Assembly (NCBI RefSeq): GCF_004010195.1 | Contig: NC_057721.1 | Span: 7,121,244-7,185,243, forward strand | Reading direction: 5' to 3' | DNA length: 64,000 bases | Origin: Chiloscyllium plagiosum | Lineage: Eukaryota | The notes under the pieces: model-generated | What the model saw: the letters and a program-made list of their open reading frames with translations, nothing else | Told to the model about the DNA's origin: nothing | Database searches by the model: none | Shown: positions 26,302-37,262 of the stretch, one piece after another | Layout of the letters: each line of letters begins with the position of its first letter | Position numbering within the stretch: position 1 is the first letter of the stretch | Made by a program: the position numbers and the translations under genes

Positions 26302-26900
26302 TTAATATTCATCACTGCTCCACTAAACTTGAAGCCACAACTTTTAATAAGAGCATTAATTTCGAACACTACAGTATTTAAATTGAAACAAGTGACTGTA
26401 TACAAGACAATGTAAGACTTCATGGCACATGTGTATCTTTATGAAATAAAGCTTCAAATATTAACTAATTGAGCATAATCAACAAAGCAATATCCAAACA
26501 TTTGACTCTTCATTTGGTAAGAAGTCTAAGACTCTCTCGTGTTTGCAGTACTTCTCCCCCATCTCCACTTTTGCAGTCCCTTTCTCTTCATTTTCTGACT
26601 TTGAAGTCCCTCTCCTCAATCCCTTTGCACCAATCTTCAGTCTCTGGCCTTGCTTCCCACCCCTCTCAGGCTACACTGTCTTTGGCTTTGCAGTCCTACA
26701 TTGACCAGTACTTCCTCCCAGTCCCACTTTCCCTGACCACCTAATTGTGGCCCTACTTGCTCAGGCCTGTAGCCATGTTTTCTCTGGTTTTGATCACATT
26801 AGCATCCCTAAATTGGCACTGCTCCGGCCTGAACAGAATTTGTTTCCACCACCACTCACCACAACATTCCTCCTCCAATCACATTTTGCTTTTCTCAGGT

Positions 26901-26939
26901 TTGCTGCTGAGGGATTCATGGTGAATCCCTCAGCAGCAA
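26901..26939. repeat. Perfect 18-bp inverted repeat with a 3-nt loop
   Basis: TTGCTGCTGAGGGATTCA-TGG-TGAATCCCTCAGCAGCAA. Confidence 0.95.
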
Positions 26940-27329
26940 GCTCAAGAAAGCGAACTTAACCTGTGATTCAAGGAGCAGCTCTTCATCAATTCTAACTATT
27001 CCACTACAGCAATGACTTTTCCCAGAAGAGTTGCTCTAATGATTGAACTTTCATAGGTGACTTGGCTGTTTTCCAGGAAGGATCCAGTGACCATCCTGAG
27101 TATTTCAAGCACTGGTACAGTCCTTAATCAAAACAAGTTTTTATTTCTACCTTACCCATTATTTATTAGCATGCTCTGACAATTCAAAGAATGAAGAAGT
27201 ATCAGGAAATTTCAATAAATAAGATTCCCAGCATCCAAAGCTAGTAGTGGTATTTGCATTTTTAGAAAACTTCCAGTAAAGATCCAATAAAGGAAATTAG
27301 TAAACAAAATTAAAGCACATAGAATTGTG

Positions 27330-28420
27330 GATAATTTATTGCTATAGATTGAGAGTTGTATACATGCAGGAAATAGGAATATATGTGTGAGTCTCAGAAT
27401 GACAGGCTGTTTCAGTGAGTGAGTTAACAGTTGTGTCATAGCAACCTGATAGATATGTGGGATCAAATGTAAAATTTCAAAATTTATTGACACCATAAAA
27501 TGAGGTTGGAATTTAATTTGAGAGGAGTGAAAGGCCTACAACATGGCAGATAGAATAAAACATGAATACGTGTGAAGTTATCAATTTTGATTTGATTTAT
27601 TATTGTCACATACACCAAGATACAGTGAAAAGTATCATTTTGTATGCTATCCAGACAAATCAAACATTTAAAATTTTGATTGATAAAACAGAAAGGTGAG
27701 GTATTTCTTAAATGATAAGAGTTTGGGAAGAGTTGCTGTCAAAAGGTGTCTTTGTTCATGATTTACAAAAACTGGGGTACAAGTACATCAAATGATTAGG
27801 AAGGAAAATAGCATGTTAGTCTCCTTGAATACAGGAGTAAAGTTGTCTGACTGTAATTATATGGAACCCTGGTGAGATTACACCTGCAGTACAGTGTAGA
27901 GTTTTGTTTAGTCTCCTTATCAAAGGATGTGTTTGACAGAGGGAGTGCAACAGAGATTTACTTGACAATTCGCTTGCCTGACAGAAGTGTCTTATGAGAA
28001 GTGATTAAAGAAATTGGAATTTTATTTGCTACAGTTTCAAAGAATGATAGGTAATTGTATTGAAACTTAGAAAATTCTTACAGGATGTGACGTGGGAGAT
28101 ATTGAGGAATATTTCTCATAGCTGGTGAGTCTGGAAACAATGACATATTCTCAGAATAAAGGGAATGCCACCAAGAACAAGATTAAAAATAATTTATTAA
28201 CTTAGAGGGCTGTGAACCTCTTGAATTCTCTAACCCAAAGTCTGTGGAAGCTCAATTTTTGAGCATATTCAAGACACAAATCAACAGATTTCTGGATATG
28301 AATAACATCAGGGATGTAAGGATAATGGACAAAATGGAACAGTGATAAACAATTTGTTTCAGTGGTAGAACAGGTTTCTCAGGCCAACTGGCCTAACCTT
28401 GCTCCTACTTCCTTTGTTCC
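27330..28420 (+). mobile_element. Old CR1 LINE 3' fragment with a small Rex1-like tail inserted at ~27590-27670
   Basis: Degenerate LVRLHLQYSV and EGVQQRFT remnants; 3' end GGCCAACTGGCCTAACCTTGCTCCTACTTC. Confidence 0.6.
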
Positions 28421-29043
28421 ACTAATGTAGGAAATGAGGAGAGTTGATTATATTTTTGGTAAAAAAATCAAGCAAAACACATTTTAATTAAATACAAGCC
28501 AATCACGGAAACATGCGATACTTAAGAAATTAAAACTCATATAATTCAAAACATCCGCAGGTTTGAGTCCAGTTATCAATGACCTAATCCGCTGATATGG
28601 GAGATGGTCTCTGAATGAAACCTTAGCATGCTGGGGATAAAATAGTATTTAAATAAGATCATTTATTTTCATGGTCTGACATATTATAGATTGTGGCAGT
28701 GTGAGAATTGGGTGGGAGGGGGGTTGCAGAGGAGTCAGGAATGTTAACGCCTCTGTGGATAAAGCCATTTCCTCATTGGCAATGGATGTATTTATTAATG
28801 ACTCCACTTACTCTCATCCAAAGTGATAATAAATAGGCAGTTTTACAAAATGGGATTTAATATAGTACTTCGGATACAGAAAAACTCCACCCTGCCAACA
28901 GAGGCAACAACAATTGGACACAAACCGGCAGCTACAGTGAGGGTTGAATGAACAGCAACTGTTCCTACAGTGATGGGAGTGTCAGTGTCTTAGAAATAAT
29001 TCAAGATTAAATGCTTTGCCTAAGGTAGGCGTCTTTCATTCCT

Positions 29044-29175
29044 TAATAAAACGTAAACTGCTGGAAAAGCTCAGCAGGTCTGGCACCATCTGTGGAGAGG
29101 AATCAGAGTTAACCTTTCCTCAGAACTTCTGGTTTTGTTTTTGATTTAAAACATCCTCAGTTCTTTTGGGTTTTA
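29044..29175. mobile_element. Short fold-back PLE family D insertion abutting the MED4 exon 2 donor
   Basis: TSD TCTTTCATTCCT at 29032-29043 and 29176-29187. Contains GCTGGAAAAGCTCAGCAGGTCTGGCA..ATCAGAGTTAAC; hammerhead stem II and GAAA are deleted. Confidence 0.8.
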
Positions 29176-29190
29176 TCTTTCATTCCTCAC

Positions 29191-29257
29191 CTGATTTTCC
29201 TCTCCTGCTTGTGCAATTTTCTGGTTTCTGGATAATGCAAGCAGCTCAATTAATTCC
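29191..29257 (-). CDS. MED4: MED4 exon 2
   Basis: (R)ELIELLALSRNQKIAQAGEENQ; 67 bp; TAG acceptor, GTGAGG donor. Confidence 0.96.
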
Positions 29258-29953
29258 CTAAGGACAAAAAGGAATAATATTAGAAAGGAAATAAACTTAT
29301 GACTCCTGGTCTTGGAAAAAAACACCTTTCACTAACCAGGCCATACATATTCATATTACTTTATGCATTCATCAAGCTGAAATGATGTCAGCACTGCAAA
29401 AGATAACACTTTTTTTACAACCAACAATAACATGAAGTACTCCCGGGTTAAATATGGCGTAGTCAGAAGTAAAGAAAGTGTTCCTCTAAGTCTGTTCTGA
29501 ATTAACACGGCAACAATTTGAAACAGCATATTCTACTGCACCAATCTAATATTTTGTAGGTCAGTCAACATTATTGACTGGCTCAATTAATAGATTTTTT
29601 TTTGTCACATCATAAGTACTTTAGTGTTGTGTTCTCACATCCAGGAATAACTGTAAAAAATTCTTAAACTTACTTCAGGCAAAATCTTTACGACCAGCAG
29701 AGACCAGAGACATTCATTGTTGTACCTGCTTCCTCTATAAAATCTATTTTGTCTCATCAACAACGAGGCTTCCAGTGCTTTATTTATAATGCTGCAACAT
29801 AGCCTGTTGCTCATGTGCACTTGACACAAACTAACAGTGGTTCCTACTGACAAATGTGAATATCAAGCGAAATGTTGTAAATATGAGCGGTAATTCGAAT
29901 TGTGAGAGGTACCTCAGGGTGCCACTCTATCACGTTGAAAGAAACTGATCTTT

Positions 29954-30181
29954 TGTACATTTCATGTAAAATCAAGAGGAAAACTGAAATGTCACGTAAT
30001 GTACTTTTATGTATTTCTTAGATACAATATAGTTCCACACAGTCAGTCGCCTGAGGCGGGAATTGAACCCAGGTCTCTGGCGCTGTGAGGCAGCATCTTA
30101 TGTACATTTCATGTAAAATCAAGAGGAAAACTGAAATGTCACGTAATGTACTTTTATGTATTTCTTAGATACAATATAGTT
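29954..30181. repeat. Perfect 81-bp direct repeat flanking a ~61-bp internal SINE fragment
   Basis: 29954-30034 equals 30101-30181. Between them lies CCACACAGTCAGTCGCCTGAGGCGGGAATTGAACCCAGGTCTCTGGCGCTGTGAGGCAGCA, the SINE B-box region on the minus strand. Confidence 0.92.
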
Positions 30182-30814
30182 TAGATAAAGATGTCAAGTG
30201 AGACACGCTATTAATTTCCCTCCCACCTCCACTCCCAACCCCAAATGACAAACCGTTTGATGAAGCTTAAAGCCCAGGTTCAAACAAAGTGAATGATCAG
30301 CTGGATAAGGCATGGATGGAGAGCACCAGTGTGATGATCATTACTTTTGTGAAAAATGCAGAGCTAGGCACGTTCATGAAAACAGAAATGCTATGCCTCA
30401 ATATTGTTTGTCATAAGTAATGTCCAAAGGTAACATTTCTCTCTTGGCAAAAAGAAACAGTGAGCAAAGATGAAATATTATGGTTATTCAAATATCGTTT
30501 TTTTTAAAAGCAGAAAAAAATGACATACTAAAAAGGAAAGAGAATGACCTAGTGCATATATTCACCATGTCAGGTTTCAGCTAATTTAGTGTAAATGCTG
30601 TCCTATGTCCAAGGTTTTTGATTGCTTCAATTCTTTCAAGGCATTCAATCAAGCTGCCAATAAAACGAAGGACTTAAGTAGAAATGCAATTGCCCCTCAA
30701 TATTTAGCCATAATGTGAAAAATACCTCAACTTTTAAAAAGTTAATAGCTGTTAATAGTTCACGTCACCCTTGAATCATTTTAAAAATCTGCCTAATACT
30801 GTCTACAAACATCT

Positions 30815-31865
30815 GTGTTAATAGTGAAGACGATGGTTGTAGCTTACAGGAAGATATAGATGGGTTGGTCAGATGGATGGACCAGTGGCAAATGGTATTT
30901 AACTGCACTTTGGAAGAAGAAACAAGAATATTTAATGATACTGGGTATCTTAGAACAGCAGAGAGGTCTTGGTTTAATTATTTACAGGCCCTTGAGGTCA
31001 GCAGAACAATGAATAGGATAGTTAAGAAGGCATATGGGACACTTGCTTTCTTCAGTTGTGGCATGAAGTATAATAGCAAGGACGTAATGTTGAAGTTGCA
31101 CAGAGCGTTGGTCAGGCTACAACTGGAGTACTTTGTGCAGCTGTGATCACCTTGTCAGAGGAAGGATGTGATATCACTAGAGGGGGTACAGAGAAGGTTC
31201 ACCAGGAGGTCGCCTGGGATGGAGAAATTGAGAGATTATGTAGGCTTGAATTGTTTTCTTTAGAGCAAGAAGTCTGAGAGGGGTCATGATTGAAGTGTAT
31301 AAGATTATGAGGGTTATGGACAGATGAATAGAGAGCAACCCCTTGGTTGAGGGGTCAATCACAAGAAAGCATTGTTTTAGAGTAAGGGGCAGGAGATTCA
31401 GAGGGAACTTGGGAAACTCAGCAACTGGTAGGAGTCTGAAATGCACTGACTGGGATGGTAGTGGAGACTAGAAACCTTAGGACCTTTAAAAAATATTTGG
31501 ATGAGTACTTCAAACATTCAAGGATATAGGACAAATTTTTATGCAGAGGGTGGTACGCATATGGAATGAGCTGCCAGCGGAAGTGGTTGAGGCAAGTACA
31601 TTAACAGCATTTAAACAAATGGACAAATACATGGACAAATACATGGATAGGAAAGAATTTGAAAGATATGAGCCAAGTGCAGGGAAATGGAGTTAGCGTG
31701 GACAGACATTTTGATTGGCATGGACCAGTTTTGGCCAAAGAGCCTGTCTCTGTGCTGTTGGACTCTATGATTCCAAGTGTAGGAAATTGGAATTTGTGTA
31801 CTTTTACTTGTAGTTATATGAGTGCAGACTCAATGGGCCAAAGGGCCTTTTCTGCACTGTATATG
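30815..31865 (+). mobile_element. CR1 LINE 3' fragment(s), with a second 3' end nested at ~31535-31775
   Basis: LVRWMDQWQMVFN..KKAYGTLAF..LVRLQLEYFVQL and two CR1-type tails. Confidence 0.75.
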
Positions 31866-32010
31866 AATCTCACAAATGGGGATAGAATTTCAACAGAATT
31901 TTACAAATTCCCATTGGAGGTTAGAGTAGCAAATCAATAGGACAACCAAAGAAACAACACTGTATAAGTCAAATGAATTATTGGGGGTGCAAGTGGCATT
32001 TATTATCCCT

Positions 32011-32673
32011 AACAAAAACAGAAGTTGCTGGAAAAGCTCAGCAGGTCTGGCAGCATCTGTGAAGAGAAATCAGAGTTAACATTTCTGGTCGGGTGACCCT
32101 TCCTCAGAACTGACGGAGCTTGGAAAATGTTGATTTATATGCAGAAGATAGGGTGGGGGGGCTCAGCAGGTCTGGCAGCATCTGTGAAGAGAAATCAGAG
32201 TTAACATTTCTAATCCGATGACCCTTCCTCAGAACTGACGGTAGCTTGGAAAATGTTGATTTATATGCAGAAGATAGGGTGGGTAAAGGGCAAATGATAG
32301 GTGGGGCTAGAGCCCAAAGAGAGACAAGAATAGTTGGACAGACAAAGGAGTACATAACAATCTGGCTAGGAGGGTGAATAGCTGTTAATGGAAACTGTTA
32401 GTGGCTAATGATACATAGTATGAATGGCAGACTATGGGATGACAAGGCCTGATGTGTGAAGGAGGGGGCGAGGACATGGGAGAGGTCAGGCCCTGAATAT
32501 TGAACGTGATATTGAGTCCAGAGATCTGCAGGGTCCCTAAGCGGAAAATGAGATGTTGTTCTTCCAGCTTGTGCTCTGATTTCTCTGCACAGATGCTGAC
32601 AGACCTGCTGAGTTTTTCCAGCAACTTCTGTTTTTGATTCTGATTTACAGCATCCGCAGTTCTTTCGGTTTTT
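32011..32673. mobile_element. Fold-back PLE family D insertion with a tandemly duplicated hammerhead region
   Basis: The minus part encodes the GIY-YIG end KLEEQHLIFRLGTLQISGLN. Hammerhead cores CUGAGGA are at 32101-32107 and 32226-32232 (-). Forward terminal piece 32573-32673. Imperfect TSD ATTTATTAT(C/G)CC at 31998 and 32674. Confidence 0.8.
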
Positions 32674-33278
32674 ATTTATTATGCCACTCTGAGACTGGCC
32701 CTCGTGATTAGTGAGTATCTTGATACACCCGCTTAGAAGGACAGTTAGACGAATCAACCGTATGAATGCATGACTGGAATCACAGAAACAAGTTCCCACC
32801 TTTAAATGTATAAACTGAACTAATTGGATTTTTACAACAATCAGGTCCACGGTCATTTTTACTGACACCAATGTTTAATTTATTTTGAAATTAATACAGA
32901 ATCTTACACTGGTTTGGTGGGATTCGAATCATTATCTGGATTATTCTGAAATGCCAGCTTTCCATCTTTTGACATCCAGGGCTCAACTGGCTTCCTAAAC
33001 TCCCATTTCCGTCCTCGCTTTTCCTTTGCTTTGCCTTACATTCCCACCCCAACAAATGTTTTCTCCCATCCCATCACCTTTTATCCAGATTCGGTGCTCT
33101 AGAGATTCCTTCCACATCCCTCTTCCAATGTTTGTCAGAAATAGCTGACATTTTCTCTCATTCAGAGGTCACCGGACGTTGGAGCCCAGAGTCGGAAATC
33201 CCTTCTAAATAAAAGAAATAGACACAATCCACTCCTCGGGACGCAAAAAAAAAAACATTTTAAAGTTCGGCCTCTTAC

Positions 33279-33349
33279 CGACACAGCACTTCCAGATCAT
33301 CCAGCAGGGCCAACAGCTTCTCCTTGGTACTTCTTTCCGACGCCGCCAT
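33279..33349 (-). CDS. MED4: MED4 exon 1 (Mediator subunit 4)
   Basis: ATG at 33349, MAASERSTKEKLLALLDDLEVLC(R), GTAAGA donor. The seven exons total 759 bp = 252 aa + stop with no frameshift. Confidence 0.95.
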
Positions 33350-33450
33350 TACCGCCAGCTGCCGCTGCCACTGCGCCTGCGCGTTTACCAGTCTCAACTC
33401 AGGCTGCGTGAGCTTCCGATGGTGCGAACTTTGCTGGTGTTCACAGTCGA
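33340..33450 (-). promoter_or_regulatory. MED4 promoter: small CpG cluster with NRF1 and YY1-like motifs
   Basis: CGCGCAGGCGCA on - at 33372-33383 (NRF1-type); AATGGCGGCG over the start codon (YY1-like). Confidence 0.6.
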
Positions 33451-33872
33451 GATGGCAGTGCAGAAATAGAGTAATTCACAGTTTGGACTATTATCGTGAA
33501 TATATGTTAATTAATATTGCCTAATTTGCAGATTAATCTCTTTCTGTTTTATTTACCTTTGCGCACAATTCCATATGGTTCTACTAAAATTAGAGATATT
33601 ATTAGTTTTATTGTCACACGTACTCATGATTACAGTGAAAAGTTTACAAGTCGCCACTTAGATACAAAGGTGCTTAGTTATAGATTATTAAGTACAAATT
33701 CTTAAGGGGTAAAATAAAATGTCCAGCATTACAAATCATAGGAATAATTAGAAAAATAAATAAATGCATTCCTATTCCAACACCTATGTTTCTTAGTTGG
33801 AATAGTGTTGTATTCTGGTTTGGATAGTTTGTGGCCGCCAGTATGCTAAATCCAGGAATGGTCTGTCCTAGG

Positions 33873-33980
33873 GACCTTAATTCTGATTTCTCTCCACAGA
33901 TGCTACCATACTTGCTGAGCATTTCCAGAAATTTCTGTTTTTATTTCTGATTTACAGCATCCGCAGTTATTTCAGTTTTT
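33873..33980 (+). mobile_element. PLE family D 3' terminus
   Basis: TCTGATTTCTCTCCACAGATGCT..TTCCAG..GATTTACAGCATCCGCAGTT matches 32575-32670. Confidence 0.7.
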
Positions 33981-34639
33981 ACTTGCTAAATTTAGGGCCT
34001 GTCTAATTATCAGTAGTAGAGGATAGAACCACTGTGTGAGCATGTTTCCTCTAATCTGGGTAGTTGCGTAGTCACACCGAGGGTCCGAACAGACCTATCA
34101 GTGTGCCGTACAATTTCTAGGACTGATTTCAGGCTCTGCTGCGCACGGACCTCGAAGGTCAGTGCAGAAGAAAACAAAATTAAAGGAAATCAAAATTGTG
34201 AGTCCAAACAAAAGAGCACTTGTTTTACCTAACAAGGTAGTTTTTTATTCGCATGATAGCAATAGTTACAGTTTAGATTACTTTGTTCCACAGAATTACT
34301 TAGGACTATCAGAAGCTGTGCAGACCAGTTAGCTTCTCTCAGGAACTCAGATGTGTGACATTATCTAATTGGTGGACACCAGTTCAACATAAACATTAAC
34401 TCCTTCTGAGCCATCATTTTTAAAATACTTCTAACCCCAAGTTGTTATCCCCCACAGTTAATCAGTTATGCAATCTTGCAATTAACTATGATACATTTAT
34501 TATTACCCATCTCCCCAAACCTCTGACTTCACAAATTCAGGTCTAGATAGTTCACAATTTCCCCAGAACCCTCCACTCTCTTCAGACTTGGGAGATGAGA
34601 GGTAGATTGCTTGAAGACTGACCTCATTGATTCTGAACA

Positions 34640-34762
34640 TTGACATCTAATGAAGGAACAGCTCTCCAAAAGCTTGTAATTTCAAATAAACCTGTTGGAC
34701 TATAACCTAATGTGACTTCTGACCTTGCCCACCACAGTCCAACAATGGCACGTCCACATCTA
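34640..34762 (+). mobile_element. Old PLE family A terminus with a decayed hammerhead
   Basis: CTAATGAAGGAACAGCTCTCCAAAAGCTT..AATAAACCTGTTGGACTATAACCT..CAGTCCAAC. Confidence 0.65.
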
Positions 34763-35142
34763 TAAATCAGATTGAGGATCTCTTATCTCTTGTATATTGT
34801 TCACTTGGACGTCATTCCTGGTACACTGTTGTTGGTGTATTATCTTCTCTGAGGAACCATTAATTTTCTGAATTTCCTTTACAGAAGAATTCTGCTGCTA
34901 ACTCAGGTGAGATCATCTGGAAAACCTTTAATCTCAGGAATATCTCTTCTGGAAGACATCTGTTCTGTTGAAACATACTTTTCTCTCTTTGTAAGATCTT
35001 GGATTTCCTGTAAGAGACAACATGCTTTAGTTTTTGGAAAAATAGATTGAAATAGAAGTTGGACTGCCGTAACTGAAAAACAAGGAGAGTTTTGCAACTT
35101 GAAAATCAATTGTTGAATATTATTGGGTTGTGCAATTCATTG

Positions 35143-35300
35143 GGAGAAAGTGAGGGCTGCAGATGCTGGAGATCAGAGCTGAAAATGTGTTGCTGGAAAA
35201 GCGCAGCAGGTCAGGCAGCATCCAAGGAGCAGGAGAATCGATGTTTCGGGCATGAGCCCTTCTTCAGGAATGCGCTTTTCCAGCAACACGTTTTCAGCTC
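35143..35300. mobile_element. Fold-back PLE family B insertion with a 15-bp TSD
   Basis: TTGTGCAATTCATTG at 35128-35142 and 35301-35315. Hammerhead on - reads CUGAAGA-A-GGGC-UCAU-GCCC-GAAAC-AUC. Short inverted arm at ~35272-35300. Confidence 0.85.
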
Positions 35301-35402
35301 TTGTGCAATTCATTGTTGATTTTTGTAGCTTTATAAGGAAAAATTCAAAACTGAATGATTTTGAGAATCTTTCAAATTAAGGAAATTCTGCCTGAAAACG
35401 GT

Positions 35403-35820
35403 GGTCATGATTTGGAGGTGCCGGTGTTGAACTGAGGTGTACAAAGTTAAAAATCACTCAACAGCAGGTTATAGTCCAACAGGTTTAATTTGAAGCACCA
35501 GCTTTCGGAGCGCTGCTCCTTCATCAAGTAGTTGTGGAGTATACAGTTATAAGACACAATTTATAGCAAAGGTTTACTGTGTGATGTAACTGAAATTATA
35601 CATTGAAAAATACCTTGATTGTTTGTTAAGTCTCTCATCTGTTAGAATGACCATGTTAGATTCAATTCTTTCATATGTAAATCACAAAACATTTTTTTAA
35701 AAAATTACATTCTCAGGTGAACTTTAACAATTGATGTCAGCCCAGATAATGTGTTGAAGGTGTTAGCCCCCTGTGTGCTGCTGTCTGTGCCATAATGTTT
35801 AGACTGATTCTCATCTAAAT
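35403..35820 (-). mobile_element. PLE family A 3' fragment
   Basis: Reverse complement matches ~1395-1771; the hammerhead near 35495-35530 has C3 changed to U (UUGAUGA-A-GGAGCAGCGCUCC-GAAAGCUG). Confidence 0.8.
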
Positions 35821-36050
35821 TGCTCAGGAAGAGCAATTAGCGCCTATTACTGTAGCAATGGACTTCCGCGTAGACATTGAAACTGACAATGTCTGCAGTG
35901 AAACTAACAACAACTGTGTTGAAATTAACAAAGGCTGCACTGGAATTGACAATGGCTGTATCCAAACTATCACTGACTCTGCAATGATTGCCATAAACCA
36001 AATCATGTTACAAAGACAATAATCTCAGCACTGACCTATTGTATCACAAG

Positions 36051-36261
36051 GAGAAAGTGAGGTCTGCAGATGCTGGAGATCAGAGCCGGAGATGTGTTGC
36101 TGGAAAAGCGCAGCAGGTCAGGCAGCATCCAGGGAACAGGAGAATCGACGTTTCGGGCATAAGCCCTCATTCCTGAAGAAGGGCTTATGCCCGAAACGTC
36201 GATTCTCCTGTTCCCTGGATGCTGCCTGACCTGCTGCGCTTTTCCAGCAACACATCTCCGG
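36051..36261. mobile_element. Young fold-back PLE family B insertion with perfect 84-bp arms and a 15-bp TSD
   Basis: CTATTGTATCACAAG at 36036-36050 and 36262-36276; arms 36084-36167 and 36180-36263 are exact reverse complements. Confidence 0.92.
36169..36204 (+). ncRNA. Minimal type I hammerhead ribozyme motif with intact core (family B)
   Basis: auuc-CUGAAGA(36173-36179)-A-GGGC-UUAU-GCCC-GAAAC-GUC(36198-36200)-gauu, with palindromic ACGU stem III and a GUC cleavage triplet. Confidence 0.82.
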
Positions 36262-36559
36262 CTATTGTATCACAAGATGTATAAAGATATGTGCTCCAGG
36301 TTGAGAGAGGAATTGCAGCTGACCACTGTGCTGTTGGTGTCTTTCTCTCCCCGGAGCTCCGATATTTCCTTGTACAATAAACTCTGTCATTGAACCCTAA
36401 CTCAGATGCCGAGACTAGTGATTTTCCCTATAACAGCAGCATAAATATTAAATTCCTTCTAAACAATTAAATTATACTACAGGTAGGAAGACTGTCTGGA
36501 TTCATTCTCATCAACCTAGTGGTAGCCAGAGAAACACTTATTATGACTTATCTTCCTGC

Positions 36560-37090
36560 TTCCACACTGGAACCCAAAGAATTTAACCTTGACCCCTTTC
36601 TATTTCTTACCTCCATGCTATCCCTTGGTGGTATCATCTGAAAACATGTCAGTTTCAAAATGCACACTGACTTCTGGTTCCACTTCATTACCACCTCTCT
36701 CGACTCCTTCAGTGTTTTTGCTATATCATCGAGTGGGCAGAAACTTATTTCAACTAAATATTGGGAAGTCCAAGGTCATAGACTTCAATCATCAATATCA
36801 ACTCTGTTTTGTAGTCATCTTCTTGGAGATTGAAATTTTTTTTGCAACTTTGACACCCTGAACTGAGCTTCAGCATCACTAATGTGGCCATTTGCACTTC
36901 CATAACATAATCATCTCTGCATCTCCGTAGCTTATCTGAAATCTTGCTCACACCATTATTATCAGTAAACCTGATTACTTTAATTCATTTTCTGGCTGAT
37001 CTCTCAGCTTCCTCTCTACATAAAATTTTGCTTATCCAAAAGCTCTACTGTCCACATCCTAGCTCCCTTCCTTATTTTCAAATTGCTCCT
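36560..37090 (+). mobile_element. Old L2-like LINE fragment
   Basis: NLFQLNIGKSKVI remnant, SKPDYFNSFSG-like segment and CTTATCCAAAAGCTCTACTGTCC, typical of the L2 RT C-terminus. Confidence 0.5.
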
Positions 37091-37262
37091 TAGCTTTCTA
37101 CATTTCATGTCAATAGCCTCCTGTAAATCTAGCGTCATCTTTTCTCTTCTAATCAACCTGTTAAGAGACATTATTAGACATCTACAGAGCTTGTGGGACT
37201 TTAAACAAAACACTGGAGAGTACAGTGGTTCAGACAGTATCCATGGAGAGAAAGCAAGCTAA

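Larger units (their letters stand above)
35821..36435 (+). mobile_element. Probable solo LTR (5' boundary uncertain) with 21-bp repeats
   Basis: TATAAA at 36280, AATAAA at 36376, ends ..TAACA at 36435; four degenerate 21-mers at 35879-35962. Confidence 0.5.

Noticed and set aside
33279-33349. MED4 N-terminus shorter than human (no Gly-rich stretch)
   Set aside because: This is a low-complexity, lineage-variable segment; the rest of the exon structure is conventional.
36051-36261. Fold-back elements as MITEs or pre-miRNAs
   Set aside because: They have an asymmetric tail, long variable TSDs and identity to the 3' end of an RT-bearing PLE, which indicates retroelement origin; there is no small-RNA evidence.
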